From the NCBI GenBank assembly GCA_017610385.1, contig JAFCCC010000002.1, forward strand, positions 64,001 through 128,000: DNA of 64,000 nt, read 5' to 3'. A program made the position numbers and the translations under genes. Shown one piece after another: positions 47,613 through 58,293 of this stretch (position 1 is its first letter; each line of letters starts with the position of its first letter). The notes under the pieces were generated by a model. The model saw only the letters and a program-made list of their open reading frames with translations, was not told the DNA's origin and made no database searches. The DNA is from Candidatus Nanohalarchaeota archaeon. GTDB lineage: Archaea > Nanohalarchaeota > Nanosalinia > Nanosalinales > JAFCCC01.

Positions 47613-49496
47613 ATGGAAAGTGAAGTTCTAGAAAAATCAGGGAAGACGGTTGTTTTGTTGGGTAATGAAGCAATTGCACGAGGAGCAATGGAAGCTGGAG
47701 TTGGTGTCGTTGCTGCATATCCTGGAACACCAAGTTCTGAAGTTCCTGTAACTATGGCAGGAATAGCCAAGAAAATAGGTTTTTATTTTGAATATTCTTC
47801 AAATGAAAAAGTTGCTTTTGAAACTGCTGCGGGAGCTGCGTGGTCTGGTGTAAGAGCATTGACTACAGTTAAACATTTTGGATTAAATGTGGCTGCTGAT
47901 TCTGTTTCGCCTGTCGCTTATGTAGGTGTTAAAGGTGGTTTTGTTATCATGGTAGCTGATGATCCAAATGGATGGAGTTCAGCACAATCAGAGCAAGATA
48001 CACGTTATTATGCGCGTATGTTTAAAATACCAATGTTTGAGCCAAGCAATCCCCAAGAATGTTTGGACTTTACTAAAAAATGTTTTGATATTTCTGAAGA
48101 ATTTGAGATGCCGGTTTTTTTAAGAACGACAACAAAAGTAAGTCATTCGATTGGTTCTGTAAAATTAGGAAAAATTAAGAGTCCGAACAGAAGAGGTCAT
48201 TTTGAGAAATCTGATCGTTATTATAATTTAAGGCCAAAACTTCAAGAAATGCATCAAGCAATTGATAAAAAATTAGATGGAATTTGCAAAAAATATTCTA
48301 AGGTTTTTAACACAATAGAAGCTGGTAAGGGAAATATTGGAATAATTGCTAGTGGTGTAAGTTATGGGTACGCTAAAGAATTAATGCATGTTTTAAATCT
48401 AAAGGTTCCTCTTGCAAAGGTTGGGTTGAGTTTCCCTCTTTCAACAGAGTTTATTTCTAAGTTTATTAAAGGAAAGAAAGAAGTTTTAATTTTGGAAGAA
48501 TTAGAATCTGTTTTGGAATCAGAAATTAATGCAATTGCCAAAAATGTTAATCCAAAAATAATTGTGCATGGAAAGGATATTTTGCCAAATTATGGAGAAT
48601 ATACTCTAGAGCTTCTTGCTCCTGCTTTTGAAAAGATTTTCAAAAAGAAATTAGGAATTAACTTTAAGAAACAGCAAAAAATGGTTAAAAAAGTAGATGA
48701 GAATTTGCCACCGAGAAAACCAGTTTTTTGTCCGGGTTGTCCTCATAGATCTACCTTTTATGCAGTTAAACAAGTTTATGGAGATAATGCGATTTATGCG
48801 GGAGATGTGGGTTGTTATGTTTTAGGAATATTTGAACCATATAAAACAATTGATTTTATGATTAGTATGGGTGCCAGTTTAGGTTTGGCGCATGGAATTT
48901 CTAGAGTAAGTGCGCAAGATATTGTTGCATTTATTGGTGATTCTACATTTTTCCACGCAGGATTACCTGCTTTAGCAAATTTGAAATTCAATGACGGAAC
49001 TTCTCCATTGATTGTTGTTTTAGATAATAGCGTAACTGCAATGACCGGTCATCAACCACATCCAGGAACAGGAAGAACTGGAATGGGGGACATAACAGAA
49101 AAGATCAAAATTGAAGACGTTGCAAAAGCTATGGGTGCTGAAGTTAGAGTTGCTAATGCATTCAATCAAAAACAACTAATTGAAACAATAAAAGAAATGA
49201 GAAAAATGAAGGGATTAAGGGTGTTGGTTAGTAGAGGAGAGTGCAGATTAGTTACAAAACGTAAATTTGAGAAACAAGGAATACCTTTACCAGTATTTGA
49301 AATAGATCCGGAAAAATGCGTCGACTGTGAAAAATATGCTAATACTTTTGCTTGCCCAGCAATAACTAAAGTTAAAGATACAAAAGGTGGTGAACCAAAA
49401 TATGAAATCGATCCTGATCTTTGTTTAGGTTGTGGTGTATGTATGCAAGTATATCCAAAAGGAGCAATACGTGTTAAAAAGGTGAATAAAAAATGA
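47613..49496 (+). CDS. iorA: Indolepyruvate:ferredoxin oxidoreductase alpha subunit
   Basis: LLGNEAIARG, YPGTPSSE, NEKVA, FCPGCPHR, GDVGCY, IGDSTFFH, C-terminal ferredoxin. Confidence 0.95.
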   Translation: MESEVLEKSGKTVVLLGNEAIARGAMEAGVGVVAAYPGTPSSEVPVTMAGIAKKIGFYFEYSSNEKVAFETAAGAAWSGVRALTTVKHFGLNVAADSVSPVAYVGVKGGFVIMVADDPNGWSSAQSEQDTRYYARMFKIPMFEPSNPQECLDFTKKCFDISEEFEMPVFLRTTTKVSHSIGSVKLGKIKSPNRRGHFEKSDRYYNLRPKLQEMHQAIDKKLDGICKKYSKVFNTIEAGKGNIGIIASGVSYGYAKELMHVLNLKVPLAKVGLSFPLSTEFISKFIKGKKEVLILEELESVLESEINAIAKNVNPKIIVHGKDILPNYGEYTLELLAPAFEKIFKKKLGINFKKQQKMVKKVDENLPPRKPVFCPGCPHRSTFYAVKQVYGDNAIYAGDVGCYVLGIFEPYKTIDFMISMGASLGLAHGISRVSAQDIVAFIGDSTFFHAGLPALANLKFNDGTSPLIVVLDNSVTAMTGHQPHPGTGRTGMGDITEKIKIEDVAKAMGAEVRVANAFNQKQLIETIKEMRKMKGLRVLVSRGECRLVTKRKFEKQGIPLPVFEIDPEKCVDCEKYANTFACPAITKVKDTKGGEPKYEIDPDLCLGCGVCMQVYPKGAIRVKKVNKK

Positions 49497-50110
49497 GTTT
49501 TAGTGTAATGTTAACTGGAGTTGGTGGAGAAGGAGTTCTAACTACGGGTGTTTTGCTTGCTAGAGCTGCCAACTTGGATAATTATTATGTTAGAGGTGTA
49601 CAACTTCATGGATTAGCACAAAGAGGAGGAACAATTCCGACGTTCGTAAGATTCGGAAAAGAAAACGAAGTATATTCTCCTGCTATCATGCAGACAGATG
49701 CCGACCTAATATTAGCATTTGAACCATTGGAAGCAATTCGAGCTACATATTATGCTAGTAAGAAAAAAACTACTTTTGTAATAAATGATTCACCATATAT
49801 GCCTATTTACGGAAATTTAATGAAGTTATCATATCCGACTAAAAAAGAAGTTTTAAAAAGAATAAGCCCATTTTCCAGAGATGTGTTTATGTTTAAGGCG
49901 TCGGAAATGGGAGAAAAACAATTTGGAAAGACACTTTTTGGAAATATTATTATACTTGGTTTTGCAGTAGGTCATGGTTTATTGCCTCTTTCTAAAGAAG
50001 CAATTAGAAAAGCAATCAAAGCCACAGTACCCAGATCTGTTGATCTTAATCTCAAGGCGTTTGAATCGGGCATAAAATATGGAAAAGGGATTGAAAAAAT
50101 AATAGATTGA
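49493..50110 (+). CDS. iorB: Indolepyruvate oxidoreductase beta subunit
   Basis: GVGGEG, HGLAQRGG, FEPLEAIR, NLKAFE.G. Confidence 0.93.
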   Translation: MSFSVMLTGVGGEGVLTTGVLLARAANLDNYYVRGVQLHGLAQRGGTIPTFVRFGKENEVYSPAIMQTDADLILAFEPLEAIRATYYASKKKTTFVINDSPYMPIYGNLMKLSYPTKKEVLKRISPFSRDVFMFKASEMGEKQFGKTLFGNIIILGFAVGHGLLPLSKEAIRKAIKATVPRSVDLNLKAFESGIKYGKGIEKIID

Positions 50111-50160
50111 AAGTAAAAACAAAGGGTTTTTTAAATACGCAGTACCATTCTTAAAGTCTT

Positions 50161-50769
50161 ATGTCCATTAAATACATTATATTTGATTTTGCAGAAGTTT
50201 TTGCTAAAGGGCTTATTGGCATAGAAAAATCTATATTTGAAATTACCGGGATTCCTGAAAAATTAATTGAGAAACATTTGAGACACGAAGAACTTTATTT
50301 ATTTTTTAGAGGTAAATTAACAGAAGAGCAATACTGGAAAAAAGTTATTAATCGGGGTTTAAGTGGAATTTCAGTGGATGAACTTAAGAAAATTATAAGA
50401 TATAATTTTGACGAGATTCCGGGAACTAAGAGTCTTTTGGAAACTTTAAAAAAGGCAGGATATACAATAGGATTATTATCTGATATGCCAAAAGAATGGG
50501 CAGAACAACTTGTAGTTAAGTATAACACTTTATTTTCCCTTTTCGATATAATACAGTGGTCTTATGAAATTGGTGCGAGCAAAGAAGATGAAGACGCATT
50601 TGAAAAATTTTTGAGAAAAAGTGGTTTTATTCCTGAAGAAACATTATTTTTAGATGATCGGGAAATTAACTTAAAAATGGCGAAAAAGCAAGGAATAAAA
50701 TATACTATACAATTTAAAGACGCAAAAAGCGCTAAAAAAGAAATGTTGCTTTTGGGCATTAAACTATAG
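50161..50769 (+). CDS. HAD-family phosphatase
   Basis: IIFDFAEV, GLLSD, SYEIGASK, FLDDREINL. Confidence 0.85.
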   Translation: MSIKYIIFDFAEVFAKGLIGIEKSIFEITGIPEKLIEKHLRHEELYLFFRGKLTEEQYWKKVINRGLSGISVDELKKIIRYNFDEIPGTKSLLETLKKAGYTIGLLSDMPKEWAEQLVVKYNTLFSLFDIIQWSYEIGASKEDEDAFEKFLRKSGFIPEETLFLDDREINLKMAKKQGIKYTIQFKDAKSAKKEMLLLGIKL

Positions 50770-50887
50770 TAGTTTACAAAAAGGAGTTTATTTTTATGCT
50801 TTAATAGTATGATTTTATATAAAATAGGCGTAAAATTTAAAAATGTTAATCTAATTACATGTATTACAAAAAAATTATATTACTAAA

Positions 50888-51421
50888 ATGGTGAAAAAAA
50901 TCAGTCAAAAAGCATCTGAAAAACAATTGCAAGAAAAAATTAAAAAACTTCGAAAAGAGTTAGAAGAAAAAACAGATCTTGCCGAAGAGAGATTTACTCA
51001 ATTAAAATATTTGCAAGCAGATTTTGAGAATTACCGTAAAAAATTTGAAAAAGAAAGAGAAAATATAATAGAATTATCTAATGAGAAGCTAATAAAAGAA
51101 CTTTTGGTAATACTTGATGATTTTGAAAGAGCTTTACAATCAATAAAAGATGAAAAAAACAAAGAAGGTTTAAGATTACTTTACCAAAAGTTTTTTAAAA
51201 TATTAGAACAACAGGGATTAAAGAAAATTAAAACAGTGGATAAAAAATTTGATTCATATTATCATGATGTAATATCAAAAGAAAAATCAAAAAAAGATGA
51301 TGGCACTATTTTAAATGAAATTCAATCAGGATATATGCTAAAATCAAAAATCATAAGACATTCAAAAGTAAAAGTTGCAGATAATAAAACTAAAATTGAT
51401 GTAGGTAATAAAAATGAATGA
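50888..51421 (+). CDS. grpE: Nucleotide exchange factor GrpE
   Basis: [26 protein letters not shown]...IIR..KV. Confidence 0.95.
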   Translation: MVKKISQKASEKQLQEKIKKLRKELEEKTDLAEERFTQLKYLQADFENYRKKFEKERENIIELSNEKLIKELLVILDDFERALQSIKDEKNKEGLRLLYQKFFKILEQQGLKKIKTVDKKFDSYYHDVISKEKSKKDDGTILNEIQSGYMLKSKIIRHSKVKVADNKTKIDVGNKNE

Positions 51422-53318
51422 TAAACCAAAAAAAGAAAGAATAATTGGAATTGATTTGGGAACTTCAAATAGTCAAGCTGCAGTTCTGATGGGTGGGAAA
51501 CCTACTATTATACCGTCTGCAGAAGGCGTTACTCTTTACGGAAAATCATTTCCATCTGTTGTTGCATTTACAGAAAATGAGGAATTATTAGTCGGGGAAC
51601 CAGCAAGAAGGCAAGCCGTCTCAAATCCAGAGGGGACCATAACAGGAGCAAAAAGAAAAATGGGAACTTCCTTTAAATATAAAATTAGAGGTAAGGAATA
51701 CACACCTCAACAAATATCTGCTTTTATTTTACAAAAAATAAAAAGAGACGCAGAAGCTTTTCTTGGAGAAAAAATTGAAAAAGCAGTAATAACTGTTCCA
51801 GCATATTTCAATGATAATCAAAGAACAGCTACAAAGGATGCAGGAAAAATTGCAGGTATAAATGTTGTTAGATTGGTTAATGAACCTACTGCCGCGTCTA
51901 TGGCATATGGAATAGATAAAGATGGCGAGCATAAAATTTTGGTTTTTGATTTCGGCGGTGGAACTTTAGATGTTACAGTAATGGAATTAGGAGACGGAAT
52001 TTTTAGTGTTTTGTCAACCTCTGGGGATACTCATCTTGGTGGACGAGATATGGACGAAAGTCTAACAAAGTTCATAGTCGATGATTTCAAAAGCAGAGAA
52101 GGAGTAGATCTTACTAAGGATGATTCAGCGATGCAGAGAATAAACGAAGCTGCGGAAAAAGCGAAAATTGAATTATCAAACGTAGTAGAAACAGAAATTA
52201 ATTTGCCATATATAACTGCAACAGATAAAGGTCCGAAACATTTGGTAATGAAAATAACTAGAGCCAATTTAGAAAAATTAGTTAAACCAATAATTGAAAA
52301 ATGTGAACATCCACTACAACAAGCAATAAAAGATGCTAAATTATCAAAAGATAAAATAGATAAAATTATTTTAGTTGGTGGACCTACTCGAATGCCTATT
52401 GTTCAAAAATTTATTGAAGAAAAAATAGGGAAAAAAGCAGGAAGGGGTATTGATCCAATGGAGTGTGTCGCGCAGGGCGCAGCAATACAAGGAGCGGTTC
52501 TTTCCGGTGAAATAAAAGATTTGGTTCTTTTAGATGTTATACCCTTAACATTAGGAATAGAAACTTTAGGCGGTGTAAGGACGTCATTAATAGATAGAAA
52601 TACTACCATTCCAACCAAAAAGAGTCAAATATTCTCAACAGCGGCTGATAATCAAACTGCAGTCACAATTCATGTTTTACAAGGAGAAAGATCAATGGCG
52701 ACAGATAACACTAGTTTAGGACAATTTAATTTAGTCGGAATTCCTCCTGCACCACGTGGAATTCCTCAAATAGAAGTTACATTTGACATTGATGCGAATG
52801 GAATTCTAAATGTTTCTGCAAAAGATTTGGGAACTGGCAAAGAGCAAAAAATAACTATTGCTGCATCAACAAAATTATCTGACGAAGAAGTTGAGAAAAT
52901 GGTTAAAAATGCAGAAAAATATGAAGACGAAGATAAAAAAAAGAAAGAAGAAATCGAAGTTAGAAATAATGCAGATTCTCTAATATACACAACTGAAAAA
53001 ACACTTTCAGATTTGGGAGATAAATTAAGTAAAAAACAGAAGGATGAAATCTCAGCTGCTTTGAAAACGGCAAAAGAGGCATTAGAAGGAAAAGATATAG
53101 ATAAAATAAAGAAAGAAACAGAGAATTTACAAAAAATTATACAAGAAGCAGGAGCTTCAATATATCAGGAAGCCGCAAAAAAAGCTGCAGAAGAACAATC
53201 AAACCAAAAAACAGAAGCAGAAAGTGAAAATTCGGAAAATAAAACCTCAAAGGAAAAAAATAAAGATGAAAAAGTAGTAGATGCTGATTTTAAGGTTGAA
53301 AAAGACGAGAAAAAATAA
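51414..53318 (+). CDS. dnaK: Hsp70 chaperone DnaK
   Basis: [40 protein letters not shown]. Confidence 0.98.
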   Translation: MNDKPKKERIIGIDLGTSNSQAAVLMGGKPTIIPSAEGVTLYGKSFPSVVAFTENEELLVGEPARRQAVSNPEGTITGAKRKMGTSFKYKIRGKEYTPQQISAFILQKIKRDAEAFLGEKIEKAVITVPAYFNDNQRTATKDAGKIAGINVVRLVNEPTAASMAYGIDKDGEHKILVFDFGGGTLDVTVMELGDGIFSVLSTSGDTHLGGRDMDESLTKFIVDDFKSREGVDLTKDDSAMQRINEAAEKAKIELSNVVETEINLPYITATDKGPKHLVMKITRANLEKLVKPIIEKCEHPLQQAIKDAKLSKDKIDKIILVGGPTRMPIVQKFIEEKIGKKAGRGIDPMECVAQGAAIQGAVLSGEIKDLVLLDVIPLTLGIETLGGVRTSLIDRNTTIPTKKSQIFSTAADNQTAVTIHVLQGERSMATDNTSLGQFNLVGIPPAPRGIPQIEVTFDIDANGILNVSAKDLGTGKEQKITIAASTKLSDEEVEKMVKNAEKYEDEDKKKKEEIEVRNNADSLIYTTEKTLSDLGDKLSKKQKDEISAALKTAKEALEGKDIDKIKKETENLQKIIQEAGASIYQEAAKKAAEEQSNQKTEAESENSENKTSKEKNKDEKVVDADFKVEKDEKK

Positions 53319-53400
53319 TTGTTCTCAAAAATGTAAATAAACCCGCATATACCATTATTGAAGATTAAAATTTATGAGTCTAAATATGAGTTGACGCTCT

Positions 53401-54513
53401 ATGACAAAAAAAGACTATTATAAAATTCTAGGCATAAGTAAAACAGCGTCACAAGAGGAAATTAAAAAAGCATTTAGGCATCTAGCTAGAAAATATCATC
53501 CAGATATTGCGGGAAAAGATTCTGAAGAAAAATTTAAAGAAATAAATGAAGCGTTTCAGGTTTTAAATGATCCACAAAAAAGGGCACAATATGATCAATT
53601 TGGTCATGCTGCATTTAAACCAGGAGATTTTAGTGGATTTAGATGGTCTAATTTTGAAGATTTATTTAGGGATTCTGGTTTTGGAGATATATTTGATATT
53701 TTTTCAGGGGCCAGAGGTAGAACAAGAAATAATCCAGAACAGGGAGAGGATTTAAAGTATGAGTTAGAAATAACATTGGAGGATGCTTTTTCTGGTTTAG
53801 ATAAAAAAATAAAGGTTCCTAAAGTTGTTCTTTGTGAAGAGTGCGGTGGTAGTGGTGCAAAACCAGGTTCTCTTAAAACCTGTCCAAAGTGTCAGGGCAG
53901 TGGTAGACTTAGAAGAGTCCAGAGATCCGCGTTTGCACAGCTTGTGAATGTTGTCACGTGTGATGAATGTGGTGGTTCTGGAAAAATAACAGAAACGCCC
54001 TGTAAACACTGCAATGGGACTGGAAGAATCAAAAAAACAAGCATAATAACTGTTAAAATACCCCGAGGAGTAGATAATGAGTCTTATTTGCGAGTTACAG
54101 GTCAAGGAAATGCAGGGTATAATGGTGGTCCTTCAGGCGATTTATATGTGGCTATTAATATAAAATCACATTCAATTTTTGATAGATATGAAAATGATTT
54201 ATTTTGCAAAACGACAATTTCTTTGGGACAGGCGATTTTCGGCACAGAAATAGAGATTCCAACCATAGATGGTAAAGCGAAATTAAAAATTCCTGTTGGA
54301 ACACAAAGTCACACCATTTTTAAACTAAAAAATCAAGGCATGCCTGACGTACACACTAAAAAAAGAGGTAATCAACTAGTAAAAGTTGTTGTAAAAATTC
54401 CTGACAAATTAAACAAAAACCAAAGAATCATTTTACAAAAATTTGTTGATCTGAACGAAGAAAAAATTAAAACAACAAAAGGATTTTTTGATAAGATAAA
54501 AAAACACATTTGA
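53401..54513 (+). CDS. dnaJ: Chaperone DnaJ
   Basis: HPD J-domain, G/F region, four CxxCxGxG. Confidence 0.97.
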   Translation: MTKKDYYKILGISKTASQEEIKKAFRHLARKYHPDIAGKDSEEKFKEINEAFQVLNDPQKRAQYDQFGHAAFKPGDFSGFRWSNFEDLFRDSGFGDIFDIFSGARGRTRNNPEQGEDLKYELEITLEDAFSGLDKKIKVPKVVLCEECGGSGAKPGSLKTCPKCQGSGRLRRVQRSAFAQLVNVVTCDECGGSGKITETPCKHCNGTGRIKKTSIITVKIPRGVDNESYLRVTGQGNAGYNGGPSGDLYVAINIKSHSIFDRYENDLFCKTTISLGQAIFGTEIEIPTIDGKAKLKIPVGTQSHTIFKLKNQGMPDVHTKKRGNQLVKVVVKIPDKLNKNQRIILQKFVDLNEEKIKTTKGFFDKIKKHI

Positions 54514-54549
54514 ATTAATTTTTCAGGCGTAATTCCTTAGCTCTGTGTA

Positions 54550-55290
54550 TCACATATATTGTGCGAATAACTCATTCTGTTTAATAACCTTTATTAAATC
54601 TCGGGAGAATCCTGTTTCTATAAGTTCACTTGTGTTTCCTATTGCTTCTTCAAAGTCTTCATCAAAATGTATTGAACCTAAAAAAGCCACATCAAACATT
54701 TTCAGTTGATTTTTCACTAATGAAAGATTTGTAGTTTTCATATTTTCCAGAATGCCTAAAATAGGAATCTTTAGCTCTTTCAGCAGTTTTAACATTTTTT
54801 TGACAATTTCTAATGTCACTTTTGATTGTGTAGTTACTATCAGGAACTCGATTTTTTTTATCAGACGAATTACGTCCATGGTTGTATCCCCAATGCCAGG
54901 GGGCATATCTATGATTAAAAAATCTAATTTATCCCAAATAGTAATTGCTAATAATTCTATTAACGCATTTGAAATATCAATACCTCTTACAGGCAATGGT
55001 TTGTCGCTAGCATAATATATAATTGACATAAACTTAATGCCATGAATTTCCGGGGGAATAACTCCATTTTTTTCTTCTGGGAAAACATTACCAATATTTA
55101 ATATAGTATGATCTGATGGACCACAAAAATCTAAATCCATCAAACCAACCTTATGACCGGTTTTAGATAAATTTAGAGCCAAAACAGAAGCAACTGAACT
55201 TTTACCAATTCCTCCTTTGCCACCAGAGACTGCAATTATTCTTTTTATGTTTTTTAATCTTTCATCAATGATGTTTATCCTTGCGTCCAT
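54550..55290 (-). CDS. Mrp/NBP35 family ATPase
   Basis: SGGKGGIGKS, DLDFCGPS, IDMPPGIGD, ENM. Confidence 0.9.
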   Translation of the reverse strand: MDARINIIDERLKNIKRIIAVSGGKGGIGKSSVASVLALNLSKTGHKVGLMDLDFCGPSDHTILNIGNVFPEEKNGVIPPEIHGIKFMSIIYYASDKPLPVRGIDISNALIELLAITIWDKLDFLIIDMPPGIGDTTMDVIRLIKKIEFLIVTTQSKVTLEIVKKMLKLLKELKIPILGILENMKTTNLSLVKNQLKMFDVAFLGSIHFDEDFEEAIGNTSELIETGFSRDLIKVIKQNELFAQYM

Positions 55291-55292
55291 AA

Positions 55293-55697
55293 TTAATTCA
55301 CTCCTTTAATAGAATCTACCCAGACTCCGCGTCCTTTTATTATTTCGAAATCTGGGCTTTTACACTTAGGACATTTGATATAAATATGAGAAACTTCAGG
55401 AACAAAATGAATAAGCTCTGCTTCATCGTCATTTAGACTTGCTAGAGCATCACGGAAATTCCAGACATGGTTACAAACTCTACATTTTAAAATGGCGTCT
55501 TCTATTTTGATTTTTATTTTTGCGTCTATTTTCTTGAATTGGGCGATTTCATGAAGAGCAAATTCAAAAATCTTCTGATCAATTTGCTGTAATTTACCAA
55601 GTTTAACACTAATTTCAGTTATTTTTTTGAGTTTATTTTCATTCTGATATTTAATTGCAGTATAAATTACTGCCTGTGCCAAGGACCATTCGTGCAT
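55293..55697 (-). CDS. hypA: Hydrogenase nickel incorporation protein HypA
   Basis: MHEWSLA, CRVC...CPKC, with a Thermococcales-like insertion. Confidence 0.93.
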   Translation of the reverse strand: MHEWSLAQAVIYTAIKYQNENKLKKITEISVKLGKLQQIDQKIFEFALHEIAQFKKIDAKIKIKIEDAILKCRVCNHVWNFRDALASLNDDEAELIHFVPEVSHIYIKCPKCKSPDFEIIKGRGVWVDSIKGVN

Positions 55698-55753
55698 AGT
55701 ATATTACTCCAATCTGATTTGTATTTTCATTAATGTAAAGGCATTTGACAAAA

Positions 55754-56029
55754 TTATTTTGGCCGCCAAGTGTATACGGCATCATGATGATCAAAATAGT
55801 AAACTTCTATAACCTTGCGATTATGATCTATGTGAAATATCAGAACAAAGTGCTTATCAATATGAACTCTATTGAACTTATTAAGTGGTTTTCTTAAGAC
55901 TTTGTAACCTGACGAATTTTTTCGAATTTCTTGTATTTTTTTATCAATAATTAGTAATTGTTTCGGATTCTTCTTTGCTAACTTTGAAAATATCTTATCA
56001 GCTTCGGGTTTGATTTCTAAATCATACAT
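55754..56029 (-). CDS. RelE/YafQ family toxin
   Basis: YKVLRKPL..FNRVHIDKHFVLIF...FDHHD..Y. Confidence 0.85.
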   Translation of the reverse strand: MYDLEIKPEADKIFSKLAKKNPKQLLIIDKKIQEIRKNSSGYKVLRKPLNKFNRVHIDKHFVLIFHIDHNRKVIEVYYFDHHDAVYTWRPK

Positions 56030-56049
56030 CAATTACCAGCTCTTTTTTA

Positions 56050-56286
56050 TCAACTTCTTAGTCCATATCGCTTTGCAAAATTAGTGACTTTTATACTTTT
56101 CTGCTTTTTAATTTCTTTTATTTTTAGAATAAATTCAGGTTTCAATTCCGGCTCGTTTTCAAAGTCAATATATTCAGAAACCACAAATTCAATAGCGGCT
56201 CCCTTATCGTTAAGTCCAAATTTTGCCTTAACAATATTTAATACACGATTTGTATTATCATTAATTTCAACAAGTGCTTGTACCAT
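56050..56286 (-). CDS. DUF2683-like antitoxin
   Basis: MVQALVEI...NRVLNIVKAKFGL.DK..AI, EPELKPEF, ends FAKRYGL. Confidence 0.8.
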   Translation of the reverse strand: MVQALVEINDNTNRVLNIVKAKFGLNDKGAAIEFVVSEYIDFENEPELKPEFILKIKEIKKQKSIKVTNFAKRYGLRS

Positions 56287-56568
56287 CTTAGTTCACCTAA
56301 GTTCGTATAATCTTCGCTTAGTTATAAGCTTTTCTGTTAGGCCCTTTGTTTTATTTTGGTGGAAAGAATGTGGATATAACACATCATGCGTAAACGAGGT
56401 TATGGATGTATAGAGCAATTTTGGAGAGTGAAGTGCAACGAGCGAACCGGTTAATTGTTGTTATGGTCTCTGAACTAAGTGAAGGTCGAGAATTTTTCTA
56501 AAAGAAAATTCGGAGGAGCCTCAAGGCGGTGAGAAGTATTTAAAAGACTTCCATTTTATCTATGTAAT

Positions 56569-57255
56569 ATGTCAAAGCTCTATGATTTATTAAACAATTA
56601 TTATGGCTCAAAAGGAGCGTGGGTAGAAGTAGAGGCAGTTTTCAAAGAAGAAGGAATACAAATTAATATGAATGATATGTATAATCCATTCAAAAACCTT
56701 ATTATAGGTATTCTCTCACAAAATACAAGTGATAGAAATAGCACGCGAGCTTATATTGGTTTATCAAACCAATTCAAAATAACACCCACTGAACTATCTA
56801 ACGCATCAATTAATAAAATACGCGATTCAATTAAAGCAGGCGGATTATATAATATGAAAGCTAAACGAATCAAAGAGCTCGCACAAACTGTTTTGAAAAG
56901 ATTTCATGGTGACCTATCTACAATAACCAAATTGCCAAAAAATAAAGCGAGAGAAGCCCTGCTAAATCTAAAAGGAATTGGTGTGAAAACTGCTGATGTG
57001 TTTCTAGCTTATTGTATGAACCAAGATACATTACCAATAGATACAAATATTGAGCGCGTTGCTAAACGAATTGGGATCACTAAATGTGGGGTAAAATATG
57101 GGGAAATACAAAAAGCACTCGCTAAAGTTATTCCGCCCATGCGACGTGCCAGAGGACATGAACTTTTAATCAGATTGGGAAGAGATTTTTGTAAAGCACA
57201 AAAACCCCTGTGTAACAAATGTCCTGTAATTTCTATATGCAAGAAACAGCTTTGA
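56569..57255 (+). CDS. nth: Endonuclease III (HhH-GPD glycosylase with 4Fe-4S)
   Basis: ILSQNTSD, LKGIGVKTAD, IDTN, C.AQKPLC.KCP...C. Confidence 0.9.
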   Translation: MSKLYDLLNNYYGSKGAWVEVEAVFKEEGIQINMNDMYNPFKNLIIGILSQNTSDRNSTRAYIGLSNQFKITPTELSNASINKIRDSIKAGGLYNMKAKRIKELAQTVLKRFHGDLSTITKLPKNKAREALLNLKGIGVKTADVFLAYCMNQDTLPIDTNIERVAKRIGITKCGVKYGEIQKALAKVIPPMRRARGHELLIRLGRDFCKAQKPLCNKCPVISICKKQL

Positions 57256-57275
57256 CAGGGCTGCCGAGCAATTGC

Positions 57276-57424
57276 ATTTAACATCGGGATTATACGAAGT
57301 TCAAATCCCCTCGTAAGAAAAATCTCCCTCGACTTGTCAGAGTTGGAGATTTTTTGATACAGAGTTGGGATTTGAATTTGGGTCGAGAGCCTGCAAGGCT
57401 CGAGCCGTATAAGCCATGTTAAAT
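57276..57424 (+). mobile_element. Integron attC-like recombination site
   Basis: R'' ATTTAAC (57276-82) and R' GTTAAAT (57418-24) are exact reverse complements matching RYYYAAC/GTTRRRY; inner ttatacg/cgtataa; long imperfect stem; lies between two single-gene ORFs. Confidence 0.7.
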
Positions 57425-57440
57425 CCGCCTTAGTAGTGTT

Positions 57441-57857
57441 ATGACAGATGAAAAGTATATGAAAATAGCTATCGAAGAAGCAAAGAAAGGCGATTTTTCA
57501 TTTGGAGTGGTGATTGTTAAAGATAATGAAATTCTTGCCAAAACTCACAATACTGCATCATTAGATCCAACCGCCCATGCTGAAATAAATGCAATAAGAG
57601 AAGCATGTAAAAAATTAGGAAATATAGATTTGAGCGGTTGCACTTTGTATTCTACTTGTGAGCCTTGCCCGATGTGTTTTACAGCTTGCTGGTGGGCAAG
57701 AATTTCTAAAATAGTTTATGGGGCAGAAGGAGAGGATGTCCCAGAAGATGAATGGAAAATCGACGTTAAGTGTAGCTATTTGAATGAAAAATCTGGAAAT
57801 AAAATAGAAATTAAGGGCGGATTTCTAAGAGATGAATGCCTTAAATTGTTTAACTAA
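57441..57857 (+). CDS. Zn-dependent nucleoside/nucleobase deaminase (guanine deaminase/TadA-like)
   Basis: DPTAHAEINAIR and CEPCPMC. Confidence 0.9.
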   Translation: MTDEKYMKIAIEEAKKGDFSFGVVIVKDNEILAKTHNTASLDPTAHAEINAIREACKKLGNIDLSGCTLYSTCEPCPMCFTACWWARISKIVYGAEGEDVPEDEWKIDVKCSYLNEKSGNKIEIKGGFLRDECLKLFN

Positions 57858-57877
57858 TTTTCGGAAACTCAAATTGG

Positions 57878-57954
57878 ATATAACAATTTATATACGTAAT
57901 TTTATATCTAATTTAAGTGTATAAAACTATATGGGCGAACTTGAAACGTTGAAT
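57878..57954 (+). mobile_element. Degenerate attC-like site
   Basis: ATATAAC...tatatacg...ttttatat/gtataaaa stem...GTTGAAT, just after the deaminase stop. Confidence 0.45.
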
Positions 57955-58110
57955 TTGGAATTCTTTTATCTATCTGATCTTTAGAATGCTGGGAGACGAG
58001 ATTCAAACGCAACTGCGGTCAGTTGCATCAACACGTAAAACTCTTACGAGTTTTCCTAACTTGTGAACAAAATTCACAAGCACAGCGGATTACTGCGTAA
58101 CTTACTTCAC

Positions 58111-58142
58111 TTTTCGCTTAAGCCTTTTGTTAAAAAGGCTTA
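58111..58142. repeat. 32-bp palindromic (REP-like) element, copy 1
   Basis: ttttcgcttaagccttttgttaaaaaggctta. Confidence 0.75.
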
Positions 58143-58145
58143 TTT

Positions 58146-58228
58146 TGCGAGGGACGAGATTTGAACTCGCGGACTCCTACGAGACTAGGCCCTCAACCTA
58201 GCGCCTTTGACCACTTGGCTACCCCCGC
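58146..58228 (-). tRNA. tRNA-Leu(GAG), intronless, CCA not encoded
   Basis: GCGGGGGTAGCCAAGTGGTCAAAGGCGCTAGGTT-GAG-GGCCTAG, long variable arm, GTTCAAATC T-loop, acceptor stem pairs. Confidence 0.95.
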
Positions 58229-58293
58229 AACTGAAACGCCAGCTGGTACCAACAGCGAATTATTAATATAACTCATTTTCATTTTCAGTTTAA

